NCBI GenBank assembly: GCA_050575255.1
Contig: JBNZDD010013718.1
Location: 6,236,334-6,300,333 of the forward strand
Length of the DNA stretch: 64,000 nt
DNA from: Harriotta raleighana
Lineage: Eukaryota
Direction of reading: 5' to 3'
This document shows positions 1 through 11,212 of the stretch, piece after piece. The position numbers and the translations under genes were made by a program. The notes under the pieces were generated by a model. It worked only from the letters and a program-made list of their open reading frames with translations, was not told the origin of the DNA and did not search any database. Position 1 is the first letter of the stretch. Each line of letters starts with the position of its first letter.

Positions 1-97
1 CTATGGTTGAAGTAGCCAGAACTTATTAACTTATAATAACTTACTAACAAATTAACGTGTAAGAAGAATGAGCCATATACAGTAAAGGATAATGGGA

Positions 98-430
98 AAA
101 CAACAACAACAACAAAAATTACATTTGTATAGCATCTTTCAGGTCAGGAGGATGTCCCAAGGCTCTGGATTCAGTATATGATTCAGACTCAAGCTGGGGT
201 CGGGATTGGGGAGGGTGGAGGGAGAGGAGAGGATTTAGGGTGACCAATAGGACAGCCGAAGAGGAGAGTTATGAGGCGGGACATGAAGGAGGCTAGAGAG
301 GGGACAAGGCAGAGGGACTGCAGGATGAAATTCCAGAGGTTAGGGGCAGAGTGGTTGAAGGCTCAGCCGCCAATGGTGGGGCGGGTGGATGAGGGGACAT
401 GGAACGACCGGAGACCACCGAGACAGAAGA
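98..430 (-). mobile_element. L2-clade LINE 3' fragment
   Basis: Minus strand encodes a decayed L2 ORF2 C-terminus (PTIGG.AF..SAPNLWN..SLASF); tail GGGACATCCTCC...ATACAAATGTAATTTT followed by (TTG)n. Confidence 0.85.
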
Positions 431-571
431 ATGTGAATAATGATAAGTTCTCTCAGAGAGCAAATAAGTTTTAAAACAAATTAATTGGAGGGGTTCCAGA
501 CAGCAATAATCTTCATGGTTGTTTGTGAGACATAGCTGTGGGTAAATTGGCTGGTTTGTTCACCCACCAAA

Positions 572-978
572 TACAGAGAAGATTACGCGGGGATCTGATA
601 GAGGTCATCAAGATCATGAAAGGTTTCAACAGGCTAGATAGGGAAAAGCTGTTTCCGCTGGTAGGTATGTCTGTGACCCGAGGTCACAGTCTTAAGATAT
701 CTACCAAAAGAAGCAGAGGGGAGGTTAGAAGTAATTTTTTCACTCAGAGAGTTGTTCGAATTTGGAATGATCTGCCTGAAAGGGTAGTGAGGTCCGATTT
801 GATAGCAGCTTTTAAGAGAGAACTGGATAGGTATCTGGGGAAGACGGGCTTGCAGGGTTATGGGGAGAAAGCTGGTGATTGGGGTTAATGAAAGTGACAT
901 TGCTCTGTCAAAGAGCCAGCACAGACTCGATGGGCTGAATGGTCTCCTTCTGTGCCGTAACCTTCTATGATTCTATGA
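572..978 (+). mobile_element. CR1 LINE 3' end
   Basis: RRLRGDLIEVIKIMKG...TRGHSLK...FFTQRVVRIWNDLP...FKRELDRYL (ORF 538..888), then 3' UTR gatgggctgaatgg..ccttctgtgccg ending ttctatgattctatga. Confidence 0.93.
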
Positions 979-1157
979 AATACACAATCATTACACTTCA
1001 CACTTTAATCCTGCTAAACTCTTTGAGACTTGACATGATAAGGCACTATATCAAATGCAAGGAATTTATTTGCAGTGCACACACCAAAGCAGAACACATC
1101 AACATGAATGTGAAAAAAAAGTTGGATCTCAATTGCCCACTTTCTGAAATACGATTA

Positions 1158-1430
1158 GACACTCCATCCCGCAGTCCCTCCGCCTTGCTTCCTCCCTTTC
1201 CTCCTTCAAGGCCGGTTTCAAGACCTTCCTCTTCAACCGCACCTTCGAATTTGGAATGAAGTTCGAATTTCAACCCCCCGACTCTTCCACCTCTCTCACT
1301 CTCCTTCCCCCTCCCCCTACCCCCTACCCTCCCCCACTGCTCGGGTCCCGACCTGACTGTTCAGCGCTTTGGGATGTCCTCCCGACGTGAAAGGCGCTAA
1401 ACAAGTGTAATTTTGTTGTTGTTGTTGTTC
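1158..1430 (+). mobile_element. L2-clade LINE 3' fragment
   Basis: aagaccttcctcttcaaccg (KTFLFNR) then gcgctttgggatgtcctcccgacgtgaaaggcgcta...ttgttgttgttg tail. Confidence 0.85.
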
Positions 1431-2129
1431 CTTAATGCTGGCGAATGTGACGATATGTTGTGAAACCTTAATCATGAAATTCTGCGGTTTTAAAAAAATG
1501 TTTTTGGTAGCAATGTTTAGAAGCCATAAAGTGTAGCAGAAAAAACCCCCCAGCAATAGGCAGTGAATTACGCGCTGACATATTGGCTAATATTTCGTCC
1601 CGTTGAAATCATCCGAGGGAAATTTTTAACCAGCTCTGAGCACTGCAGCCTTAATTGGTGCCTTGAAAAAGCAGTAATTGATGAGTAATTGGCAGAGTTG
1701 GCAAATCCTGCTAGGCCAATAACACTTAAGGTGCCATAAAAGAGCATCCACCAGACTTTCGTCTTAGCCCCACTATTTCCAGCATTAGAGTTAGCGCTCC
1801 CTGGATCCCAAGATCCATCAAGCAAAGACTCCACAATATTATTCCATCCCACACTTCAAAACCGCTCTCCTTTGCTCCACAGAAAATATTCCCCACTCAT
1901 CTCTCTCCTCGAGCAGCACGGAAATCAAATGGGTTGTAGATGAACCTCATAGTAATACCCCTGATTTTCCATCCATCTGGCTACAAAGTGGGTCGCACAT
2001 CACTTTAATCTGCTCTCCTCCCATTAGGATATTTGGCTGTTCCAACTCGGCTGCCAGATGAAACTCCTTTTCTGCACTTGGAGAAATGTGAAAATGCAGA
2101 AAGCAGAATGCGCTCTCCCCAAAAGACTG

Positions 2130-2292
2130 TACAAGCAGAATTGATCGTGATATTTAAGGGGAAGATGGATGGATAGAAGTTTGGGAAGTAAAGGTGTTAA
2201 AGAGCAAGGAGTAAAGGGATTAAAAGATTTGCTGTCATCTAATAAACTGGAGAAATAGGCTCAGTGGGTAAAATGGCCTCCTCCTATTCTTG
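2130..2292 (+). mobile_element. Degenerate CR1 3' end
   Basis: atttaaggggaagatggat (FKGKMD) and tail-like ggctcagtgggtaaaatggcctcctcct. Confidence 0.5.
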
Positions 2293-2599
2293 TTCCAAAA
2301 GGCATTCAAGGGAGATGGATAGTTAAGGGAGAGGTGCCAGGACCTACATAGATAAGTGAACAATCTGCCTTACTCCATGGAAGTTATTACAAGAGAAAAA
2401 GAACTGGAACTAATTGGGAGCTAGTAATAAGGCCAGGAATAGGGCAGCTAATCCCAGTCAGATGCGATTGTTGTATATTCCTGCACATTTCTGTATAATG
2501 ATACCTCCTTAAATACGTGCTGAGAAATTCCACCTGCGTCTAGACTTATTCCATTTTCAGTACTTAGCATTTCTGGCCATGCAGAGTTTGATAAATCTT

Positions 2600-2733
2600 T
2601 CTGCCTGTAAAATATTTGGCCTGCAAAATACACAGTCAATCCACTTTACAGTATATTCTGTGAAGCACATTGAGACATCTCAATGACATGACAAGGCGCT
2701 ATATCAAGTGCAAGAATTATCAGTATTATTATT
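2600..2733 (+). mobile_element. 5'-truncated tRNA-SINE (3' tail only)
   Basis: cagtcaatccactttacagtatattctgtgaagcacattgagac...gcgctatatcaagtgcaag...tattattatt, shared with full-length copies; similar tails at about 1020-1065, 4745-4865, 9290-9405, 16160-16235, 29715-29822, 40118-40176, 51705-51780, 53065-53140, 60362-60520 and 63035-63140. Confidence 0.85.
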
Positions 2734-3552
2734 GAATCATTACATATAGTCTTAACTTTGAAGTCTATTTCGTGTATGTTCTTTTAACGAGCTAGAGAAA
2801 AGAAACACGGCTTAAACAATTCAACAATTTAAAAGGTTCGGCATTCTCTAATGTGCTACATAAATAGAATAAATCTGGAGCCAGGTGGACCTTCTACCCC
2901 ATGATTTCCACATAAATTATTTCTGTAAGCTCCCCGAATTGCTGTGACAATTGTTAATGCTTCAGTGTCAATGTCACCATATCTCACTGAGATGAACAGT
3001 ACAGGTAGTTCATGTCTGCACTCAATTTCTCTGCAAGCGAGTGGAAAAACAACTCCATGCCATAAGAGTGTGTGCTATTCAAAATAACAGGTGCCCTGGA
3101 GGGATTTCAAATTGATACCGTCTATAATGTCAATTATTTTACTTTTCAGTGTGTTATTTGAATGTTAAATTACCACCACCGACACGCGCCCCCCCTCCCG
3201 CCCCCCCCACCCCAAACCAAACATTTCAAGCATGTTGGCTGCACACATGATAATTCATCTACTCATAATATTAATATGTACAATAGGAAAGCTTTCTTTA
3301 AAACATGTCACAGAAGAGCACCAATGATAAATATGGAATGAGTACTGTGGTTCAAATCTCTATTTAAAAAGTCACATTCTGTCATTTCTTATGAATCAAC
3401 CTTGTAATTGTTTCAGATAATGGAGACTGTAGGGCTAGCTGCGTCCTTTCTAACACTTGCCCATAGCTAAAGTGCAGTGTAGCAGCACCAGTGATTAATC
3501 CTCCGCCTTCAGCTCCTCGCAGGACATCCAGTGAAATGGAAAGTTTGCTGGT

Positions 3553-3724
3553 GTAGCCAAACGGTTAAAGCAATCATGTGAACAGGGTGCACAATTCCAT
3601 TTTAGTGGAATCCGCTCAGCCAAGAGAGGGTCNGGTAGCCAAACGGTTAAAGCAATCATGTGAACAGAGTACAGCAGGGTGCACAATTCCATTTTAGTGG
3701 AATCCGCTCAGCCAAGAGAGGGTC
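3553..3724. other. Assembly gap (n at 3633) with overlapping duplicated flanks
   Basis: About 80-nt sequence repeated on both sides of the n, differing by a 10-nt indel; same pattern at n25860 and n40055. Confidence 0.85.
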
Positions 3725-4479
3725 CAAGAGAGACTGTATCTGAGGTCCACAACCTGCCTGCATTACAGCAGAGTCGTCCCAGTATCCATCTCCGTGTTCC
3801 TTAAGCACCAATCAGTGCTCAGATGGAAATCTGAATTTAGGGGCAATTCATTATGTCTCCGAAGAGCTTGAGGCTGTCTAATGTGAGCAGAATGTGCGGG
3901 TTATTAGACAGTGTGAAATTAACCCTATCAGTGATCTGCATTCATCACAACTGATCAAAACCTTTCGAAGTGCAGGGGGAAAGGACTGGAGGTGCCGTGT
4001 TAGGAGTCCTGCCTTCAGCTGTGTGCTGTCCATAATAGAGCAGGTAGAATGATCTTGCCAACTACCCAGTATTAAGCTATGTCTCAGTAAATAATGGCTT
4101 TACTCTATGGGTCAAGTTTAGGCACTATTTCATGTGTCTGACTCGCATGGGGGATAGGCAGAGCTCCAAGCACGGATACACAATTACCTACACAGAGCAT
4201 TGCTTCCCAGCCTCTAGCTCAGGTCAGTTTCAATTAACTAAGGAGAGCTGATGGGACAATCTGTTAGTTCTGGGCTGTAGAAGTTCAAAAGCTGTCTCAA
4301 AATCCAGATTGTTTTAAAATATATATATATGTATATTAATAAGCGGGCTACATTGCTGGCAGTTATTGGTCAAGTGAAAATAATACAAGACCATGTCTTC
4401 CATGACAGTTCGTCACTGCAGCATGAATTATTATAGTAATAATTCTTTCAATTAACAAAAGAACCTCATCACGTTATCA

Positions 4480-4742
4480 AGCTGTCACAAAAGGCTTCCC
4501 GAGATTTTACTGTTAAATGTAGTGACTGTATTTTTGCGGGTGAATGTGGCAACCAATTTGTGCACAGGAATGTTCCACAAACAGCTATTGAAGTGAATGC
4601 TCAATTGTAACTGGAGATTGATGGGAAGGACACTGACTTTCTAATTGTGCCGTAGGATCCCAAGTGTCCACCCAAGCAGGCAGACAGAGTCAGCCCCTCA
4701 CCTCAAAGGCGACACCTTCAGTGATACAGTGCTCCCCCACCA
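4480..4742 (-). mobile_element. Decayed DeuSINE (SacSINE1/AmnSINE-like)
   Basis: Reverse complement has Deu-domain words gtctgcctgcttgggtggacac..ggatcc..cggcac and gctgtttgtggaacattcctgtgcacaaattggttgcc. Confidence 0.7.
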
Positions 4743-6423
4743 CTAATTGGCTGCTGCATTCTCCTACAAAATACACAGTCACTACATTTCACCGTAAATC
4801 CTGAGTAGATTGAGACTTCCTCCTGATGTGAAAGATACTCTATCAATTCAATAATTATTATTATCATAATTAATACTGCACTTTTGACATTAGCATACCT
4901 TACATATCCTACTACTCCTACCTCCATTACATTACACTTCACCTCCCCCACTCATGATGCACAGGTACCCTATACTTCCTCACACCTACTTCACTCCTCC
5001 CTCACAACTGATAGCCGCCCATAGACTTCACTTCTCCCTCACTAAAAATCATCATCATAAAGAAAGCAATGTCTGATTATACATCTGTAATTTAATGCCT
5101 GGTACTCCAAAAATATATTATCAACATCTTCCAAATTATACAGCTTTAGTATCCAAATTGATCTGTTCACTGTCTGCACTATTGACTAATGTCTCTCCAT
5201 TTCATTGATGGTTATCAATAATGAATGACAGCTGGATCACAAACAGCAAATTTTCATAACATGGTTTTATCACTGCACTTTTCAGATTTATTTCATTATT
5301 TTAATGACAGTTATTATAAGGATGAATTTGAATACCATGATTTCTGAGCTGTGAAGATAATGTAACAACTTGAAGATTGGACACTATAAAATTCCCCTTC
5401 CTCTGTGGCACTCGGTTTATTATAACAATAAAACATAGTTTAATGCAGATTCAAAATAAATTGCTCTTTGATTCAAATGCTGGAAGTGGTACAATATGTC
5501 ACACAAGACATACAGCTATTTTTTCAGCGCTGAGATATATTTTATCATCATTTGTCTGGTGGCCGCTAACCTTGTACACATCATTGCCTGTTCCTGCTTA
5601 GTTAGTTTGTCAAGGTCAGAGTGCTTTGGCCTGTTATGGATGTTAAACTATTAAGGAATAAGTCTCGCATAGAATAAAGGAAGAGTTGCTTTCTGGTAGG
5701 CACAAATAGCCAGGTGCAGACACATCTAATAGTCCTATTTTTACTGAACATATCAAAATCCATTAATCCTATTAAAGCAAAAAATAAAACGCTCCTTTTT
5801 AAATGGCATGATCAAATGTATTTCAATATAATTTTTTTTAATAGCAATTATGCAGAACACTTGAGAAGATTAAAACATAGACACATTGAATTATTTAACT
5901 TGCAAATCAGATGCCTTCAAATCAAGGCATCTGAAAGCCACTAAAGGGAATTACATTAAATGCTCACTTTATTTCTAATATGTTTGTAAACACACTGTTT
6001 GTAAGGTTCCAGATGTAGGACAATTTATAGACCTGAAAAGTGACACTTGGAATAAACAAAGCATTGCTGCCTGCTTCAACATGTCCACACACCACAAGTT
6101 AGAAATTTCCTACAACAGGAGATGAAATTGGAAAGGGAGAATTTATCCAATTAAAACAGTTATCCTGTGGTCTAACAGTTGTACCAACTTACCCATGCAT
6201 TCAGCTCCAAGATGATTCTAAGGGAGGTCTGGGCTCTGCCAAACCCAACAAGGATTCAATGGCATGGAAATTTATTTTTACCTCTCCGCTGACAATCTTT
6301 TCAGACTAGGAGTGGGATACACAAGAGGTGAGAGCAAGACTCTAAGGAGAGCATCACAAGTAATTTTCTCCATTGGGAAAATGATGGAATGCTTGCTAAC
6401 GCTGCCATGGCTGATATTGAATA

Positions 6424-6424
<1 letters not shown>

Positions 6425-6455
<31 letters not shown>
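6425..6455. repeat. (CA)n microsatellite
   Basis: About 15 perfect CA units. Confidence 0.95.
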
Positions 6456-6457
<2 letters not shown>

Positions 6458-6899
6458 AAAACAGCAATTACAACATTAAAGGAGCAACTCTCAGTTTGTT
6501 GGTAAATTTACTAATCTTGGTGGGCGAGTGCATCGTATTCTCTGGAGAATCACTCGATAATTGCTAGCGGGCGAATATTTTCCCACAGTGTCTGCGGCAT
6601 ATTTAGTCATGGCTCGAGTTGGTGGTGAGCCTTTTATCTGTCCGCAGTGTGCTATAACTGTGACAGAGTGAGCTGAGAATTTTTATGCAAATCATTATAA
6701 TTCATACCTGACTTTGGGGAGAATGCACTGTTATTCGTTACTGCCAAAGAGTGTGTGTTGAGTATGCAGGCCCTTGAAGAGTGTACCTTACTGGGTGAAA
6801 CAGTATGCATACAAATCTACCAATATGGGAGAGAAATGCCAGAGGGTGACAGATTATAGTTTTCAAGGTGAGTGAAGAAAAATACTATAGGATACACCA

Positions 6900-7385
6900 A
6901 GATGGTAGAACAAGAGAACATGGGCTTAGGTTTGCAAATAGCAATTTTAAGACAGATAGCAGGAAATATTTCTTTATCTAGAGGATAGTTAATGACCGGA
7001 ACTGGACTGCCAGGAACAGTGGCATTGGATTCATTAAAAAAAAACTATGCTATGTTGGGCAGGTGATAGGCTGGAAGAATGACAATAAATAGGGCACAGG
7101 GCCTTCTTCATCTAAACAAACTTTATGATCTTGTTATTCAGAAACAATCTGGTTGAAATTCAGGAATGGGAAGTTCATTTTTGATAATTGTATTGGTTCT
7201 CTTTGAGGAAGTTGAAATCTACTAGAGTTTGGATGAGGTGATGGGTGTAATATGTGGTAAGTAACCAGATTTCAAAAAGGTATTTGATAATTCGGCATAA
7301 GTCCATTGCATCTGTTTCGGGCCCATGACATAGATGGCAATATATTGACCTGGATTAGTTGGTAGAAAGCATAGAGTCCTTTTTT
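6900..7385 (+). mobile_element. Two decayed CR1 fragments (3' end at about 6900-7135; RT-domain piece at about 7165-7385)
   Basis: GRTREHG...FKTD.RKYFF..RIVN motif; then frameshifted remnants of FEEV / DF.K.FD / AH.I.GNIL.WI. Confidence 0.65.
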
Positions 7386-8384
7386 AGATGCAAACTGACA
7401 TTAAGATGATCTAAAAGAGCCTTCATGCCTGGCGTGACATATTAGGTGATGACAGAAGGGTATATACATCTCCAGTATTCTCAAAAATCTGACCAATAAG
7501 ATTTGCCAGGTAGTCTTCAGTCCATGAGGCCTTTAATCAATAATAGCAATCTAAAATCTAGATTTTATTATAAACTTAATACAAGGTACATTAGAATCTC
7601 AACTCATTAAAATTAGCCCGAACAAGTATTATCATGGGCAAAATCTACTTCAAAGAATCTTTTTAATGCAGCTTGTCAAAAAAAAAGGCAGAAAAGAGCT
7701 GGTATTATGTAATGAATGTACAGAGGAGCATAATCAGATAGTTTCATCATACTCCCATTTGATTGGATTTGTGACTACTACAGGAAGCAATTTGAATCAT
7801 TTGAAGTCTGCCTAGGGATCTGAATTATTCTGCACAGGAAAGTTGTACTTTAAGAAGAGCTGATACAAATCTGGATCAGTCTAATTAAACCAGTACAATG
7901 TAGGTCAGCTGGAGAGATCCAGGTATTCACAGCTCATTTGTTTAATAAATTCTATTACAATTAATGCACCAAGTGATAAAGAGATCTCCAAAAGGTGAGG
8001 AAATAAATCTCTACCTTTGATTTCCACATAGAAAAGAGATCTCTGCAATGCAGAAAGTCATGTTTTTTTTAAAAAATGTCAGTCAATTAATAAGATGCTG
8101 CTCACTTTCCTTTTCCTGTTCAGTTCATGAGTATGTCCCAATTCGTTCATTTTAAAGTTTTTTTTCCCCCCAACCTTATGTTTAATGAATAGTTCCATAT
8201 CATAATTGCATTGCACTGAAAATGGGTTGAGCCGCTGAGATTTGTCAGCTAAAATGTAGATTTCTATATCAATAATTTCTCACCATTTATGACATCCACC
8301 AGATGCCAGGATTTCTGAAAATGGGAAAAGTCACCAAATGTTTAAAAAATTATTTTGTTTCGATTGGAAGTTTGCGTCATATTT

Positions 8385-8613
8385 AACGTTTGAAAAAGAG
8401 AAGGGCGTTTCTCCTGATGGCTTGGGCCAACAACGCTCCAGATAAAATTGGTCATACATTTCATGAATGTATGTAGAACATTACTTTGTGCAAAGTGACT
8501 GTTGCACTCACCTACAAAGTACACACTCACTACACTTATATTATGCAGGAGTTTGAAATGTCCCACTGAGGTGAAAGTTGCTATATTAAATGCAAAGATT
8601 TTTATTATTATTA
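8385..8613 (+). mobile_element. Decayed DeuSINE 3' half
   Basis: gaaaaagagaagggcgtttctcctgatggcttgggccaac (end of Deu domain) to gctatattaaatgcaaagatttttattattat tail. Confidence 0.6.
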
Positions 8614-11114
8614 TGAAGAAACATGAATAACAATCTTAAATCGTTTGTTTAACCTGAACACTAAGATTGCATTGAATCCTAAGATTACATTGTGGCATGA
8701 GATTACATTGCCTTAGTCTAGATTTGCTTTATACATCCAGCATGTACTGCTAATATCGATTTTTTTAAAAAGCAATAGGTCGATAACATTTTGTGAGGGG
8801 CTCTGAATCTGGTTTGCAATGTTGAAGTTGAAGCTGCAATGATAACAGGCTGACTAGGCAATTTTTAGATGTCAGACATTTAATTAAAGTGTTTCTGACT
8901 TTTGTGGGACCTCTCAGAATCACCAGGCCATGAGTTAGGACAGAGGAATTCATCATCCTCCATACAGTAGAAAAGCAACTCCCTGCAGAACAGGTTTTCC
9001 TCCTGTTTGCAGGACAAGGAACAACCAGAGGAGACATATAAGAAAGGAAATCTATGCAGATGGTTAGCAGCGCTATAGACAATGGAGTGGGACACTTTGC
9101 ATATCCACATATACAGAAGCAGTTTGATGCCATAACCTGTCACAAGGTTTTCCCCCTCAACACAAACATAGTTAACAACTGACCCAATGTCAACTTCTAT
9201 TCTACTGGCCACACACCTTCACGAAATCCCTGCAATTTGTTAAACATTTGAAGCATCCACCCCTCCATTCTTTTTAACATGTTTCTTGATCTGCGCAAAT
9301 AAGCTGCCGCATTCACTTACAAATACACAGTCACTTCCCTTCAGAATGAAATCCTGTGAAGCGTTTTGAGATGTCGATCTGATAAAGCAAAATATGAGGA
9401 TCATTCTTTGATTGGTGCATCATTTTCCGTTCTTAATGGTATAAGCAAAAGACATTCAACAGCAATGAAAATTAAGCACATTATTCAGAAAATCCAAAAT
9501 TCGGGGGGTGGGTGGGGGGGAATATTATCTTGTGATGTGCTTTTCCCTCTTTCTATCCATTGAAATAACAATCTTTACTCCTCCTTTCATATTCAAAGCA
9601 CAGAGTTTATTGCAAAGCAAAGTGACTATGTATTTTTGTGAGCAAACTATTATTTAAAGTTCATACATTTAGAAACAATCCGTATATTTCACTGTCAAAA
9701 ACAAACACTACTTCATTCCTTCCTCCTCACTGCAAAAGAAAATCACCCCTGCTCACAAAAACACTCAAATGTTAAACATGAAATCTAGACAATCTCCTCA
9801 ATTTGAAAGCTCTGGGATTGACACAAAAGTCTGACATATCCAAGATTCCAGTATTTCTCAATCTTACTCAATGGAGGTGGGGAGATGGGAACGGGAAATC
9901 ACATCAACACAAAAATATCCAATCAATACAAAAATATCTTTGTTCATTGGCAGATTGATTGAATGTTTCCTCTTCTCCCGAAACACACAGACAGAGAGAG
10001 AGAGACTAGACAGATATGGAAAGTTTATTGCTCCCTCCACATAAACCTTCACACAAACTCGGGCCTGTAACATTTTCAGAAGTTTAAGTATTAATATGCT
10101 TCCTCTTTTGGGAACATCCAACATCTAAAGGAAATGCTCGAGCAAGCCTTTTGGCATTTTGAAGAAAGCAACAGAAATCATTAAAGTCCTGTTCCTGCTC
10201 GAGTAACATTGGAAATGCTGGTACACCCAAAAGGAGCAGATAAATGGGAAATCTTTCTAAGATTTTTTGAAAGGTTCCAATCCTCGTAAGAACAGCTTGT
10301 TGTTTAGTAAACTGCATTCTGGATTCAGACGTACCAACCTCCAGCTAGCAAAGGCTGCGACTATGTTTTCCTTTTTTTCTTAAGGGTCTGAAGCCATCAT
10401 TAACCTCGGGATCATACCCTACATGAAACTACTACATGAATCCTGTGCCGAATTCAGTGCAAAGAAACCTGATCATATTCTTCACATTGTTCTCTTACCC
10501 TGGCTGCCTTGAGTGACACACATTAACAAGTACTTCACTCGAAGAGTCTTTTATTAATACCTTTCTTGCTACAAGCTACTGCTCCGCATTATTATCTGGG
10601 GTCATTTAGAATCTTGTTATGTATTCAGATGGTGGACGAATAATCCTGTGATAAATTCTTTGCCATGCCCTTCACAGTTGTCATAGCAGGATCATAAATA
10701 GCATTTATAACAATCTGGAGCAAGAAATAATACTAGCTTTGGAGAAGCTTACAATAGGCTATTTAACATTTAAAGGGAAAAAAACAACAGACTGACCTTT
10801 TATCAGTCAATAGTTACAAAATCTAAAATATAGAATCAAACACAGGCATTAGATTTTTCCTCCCCCTTTTACTGTATCTACTGGACAGAAGTACCTACTG
10901 TTGTAGAAATTGGTTGAAGTGTTGAGGAACAGTAACGATCTAAACTTTAGAAATTCATCTCATCTCCGCTACAAATTTTATCCAGCGCAATATTTCTCTC
11001 TCATTTCATGTGGGAATCCACACTTTAAACGAATGAACATAAATTGACTAATGCAATCTGTCTACCTGACTTTGAAAATTGCTGTGATTTGGCCCAATTA
11101 TTCAAAGTTTGTGT

Positions 11115-11212
11115 GGTCAGCCTGGTGCATTTAGTAGGACTCTTGCCTCGGAGTCAGAAGTATATGCGTTCAAGCCTGATGTTGGGACTTTGAACTCATA
11201 AAGACTGGGGCT
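11115..11212 (+). mobile_element. DeuSINE tRNA-derived head fragment
   Basis: actcttgcctcggagtcagaag...gttcaagcc...ggactttgaactcataa; same head seen at about 15955-16062(-), 34115-34168(+) and 57505-57592(-). Confidence 0.6.

Noticed and set aside
538-888. 116-aa ORF (and the 171-aa ORF at 46829..47344)
   Set aside because: CR1 ORF2 C-terminal remnants lacking the RT core; not host genes
3553-3724. Repeat-spacer-repeat pattern resembling CRISPR or a tandem duplication
   Set aside because: Only two copies straddling an n in eukaryotic DNA; assembly overlap
8765-9212. Overlapping 110- and 122-aa minus-strand ORFs
   Set aside because: No family motif recognised and no consistent splice-site pair
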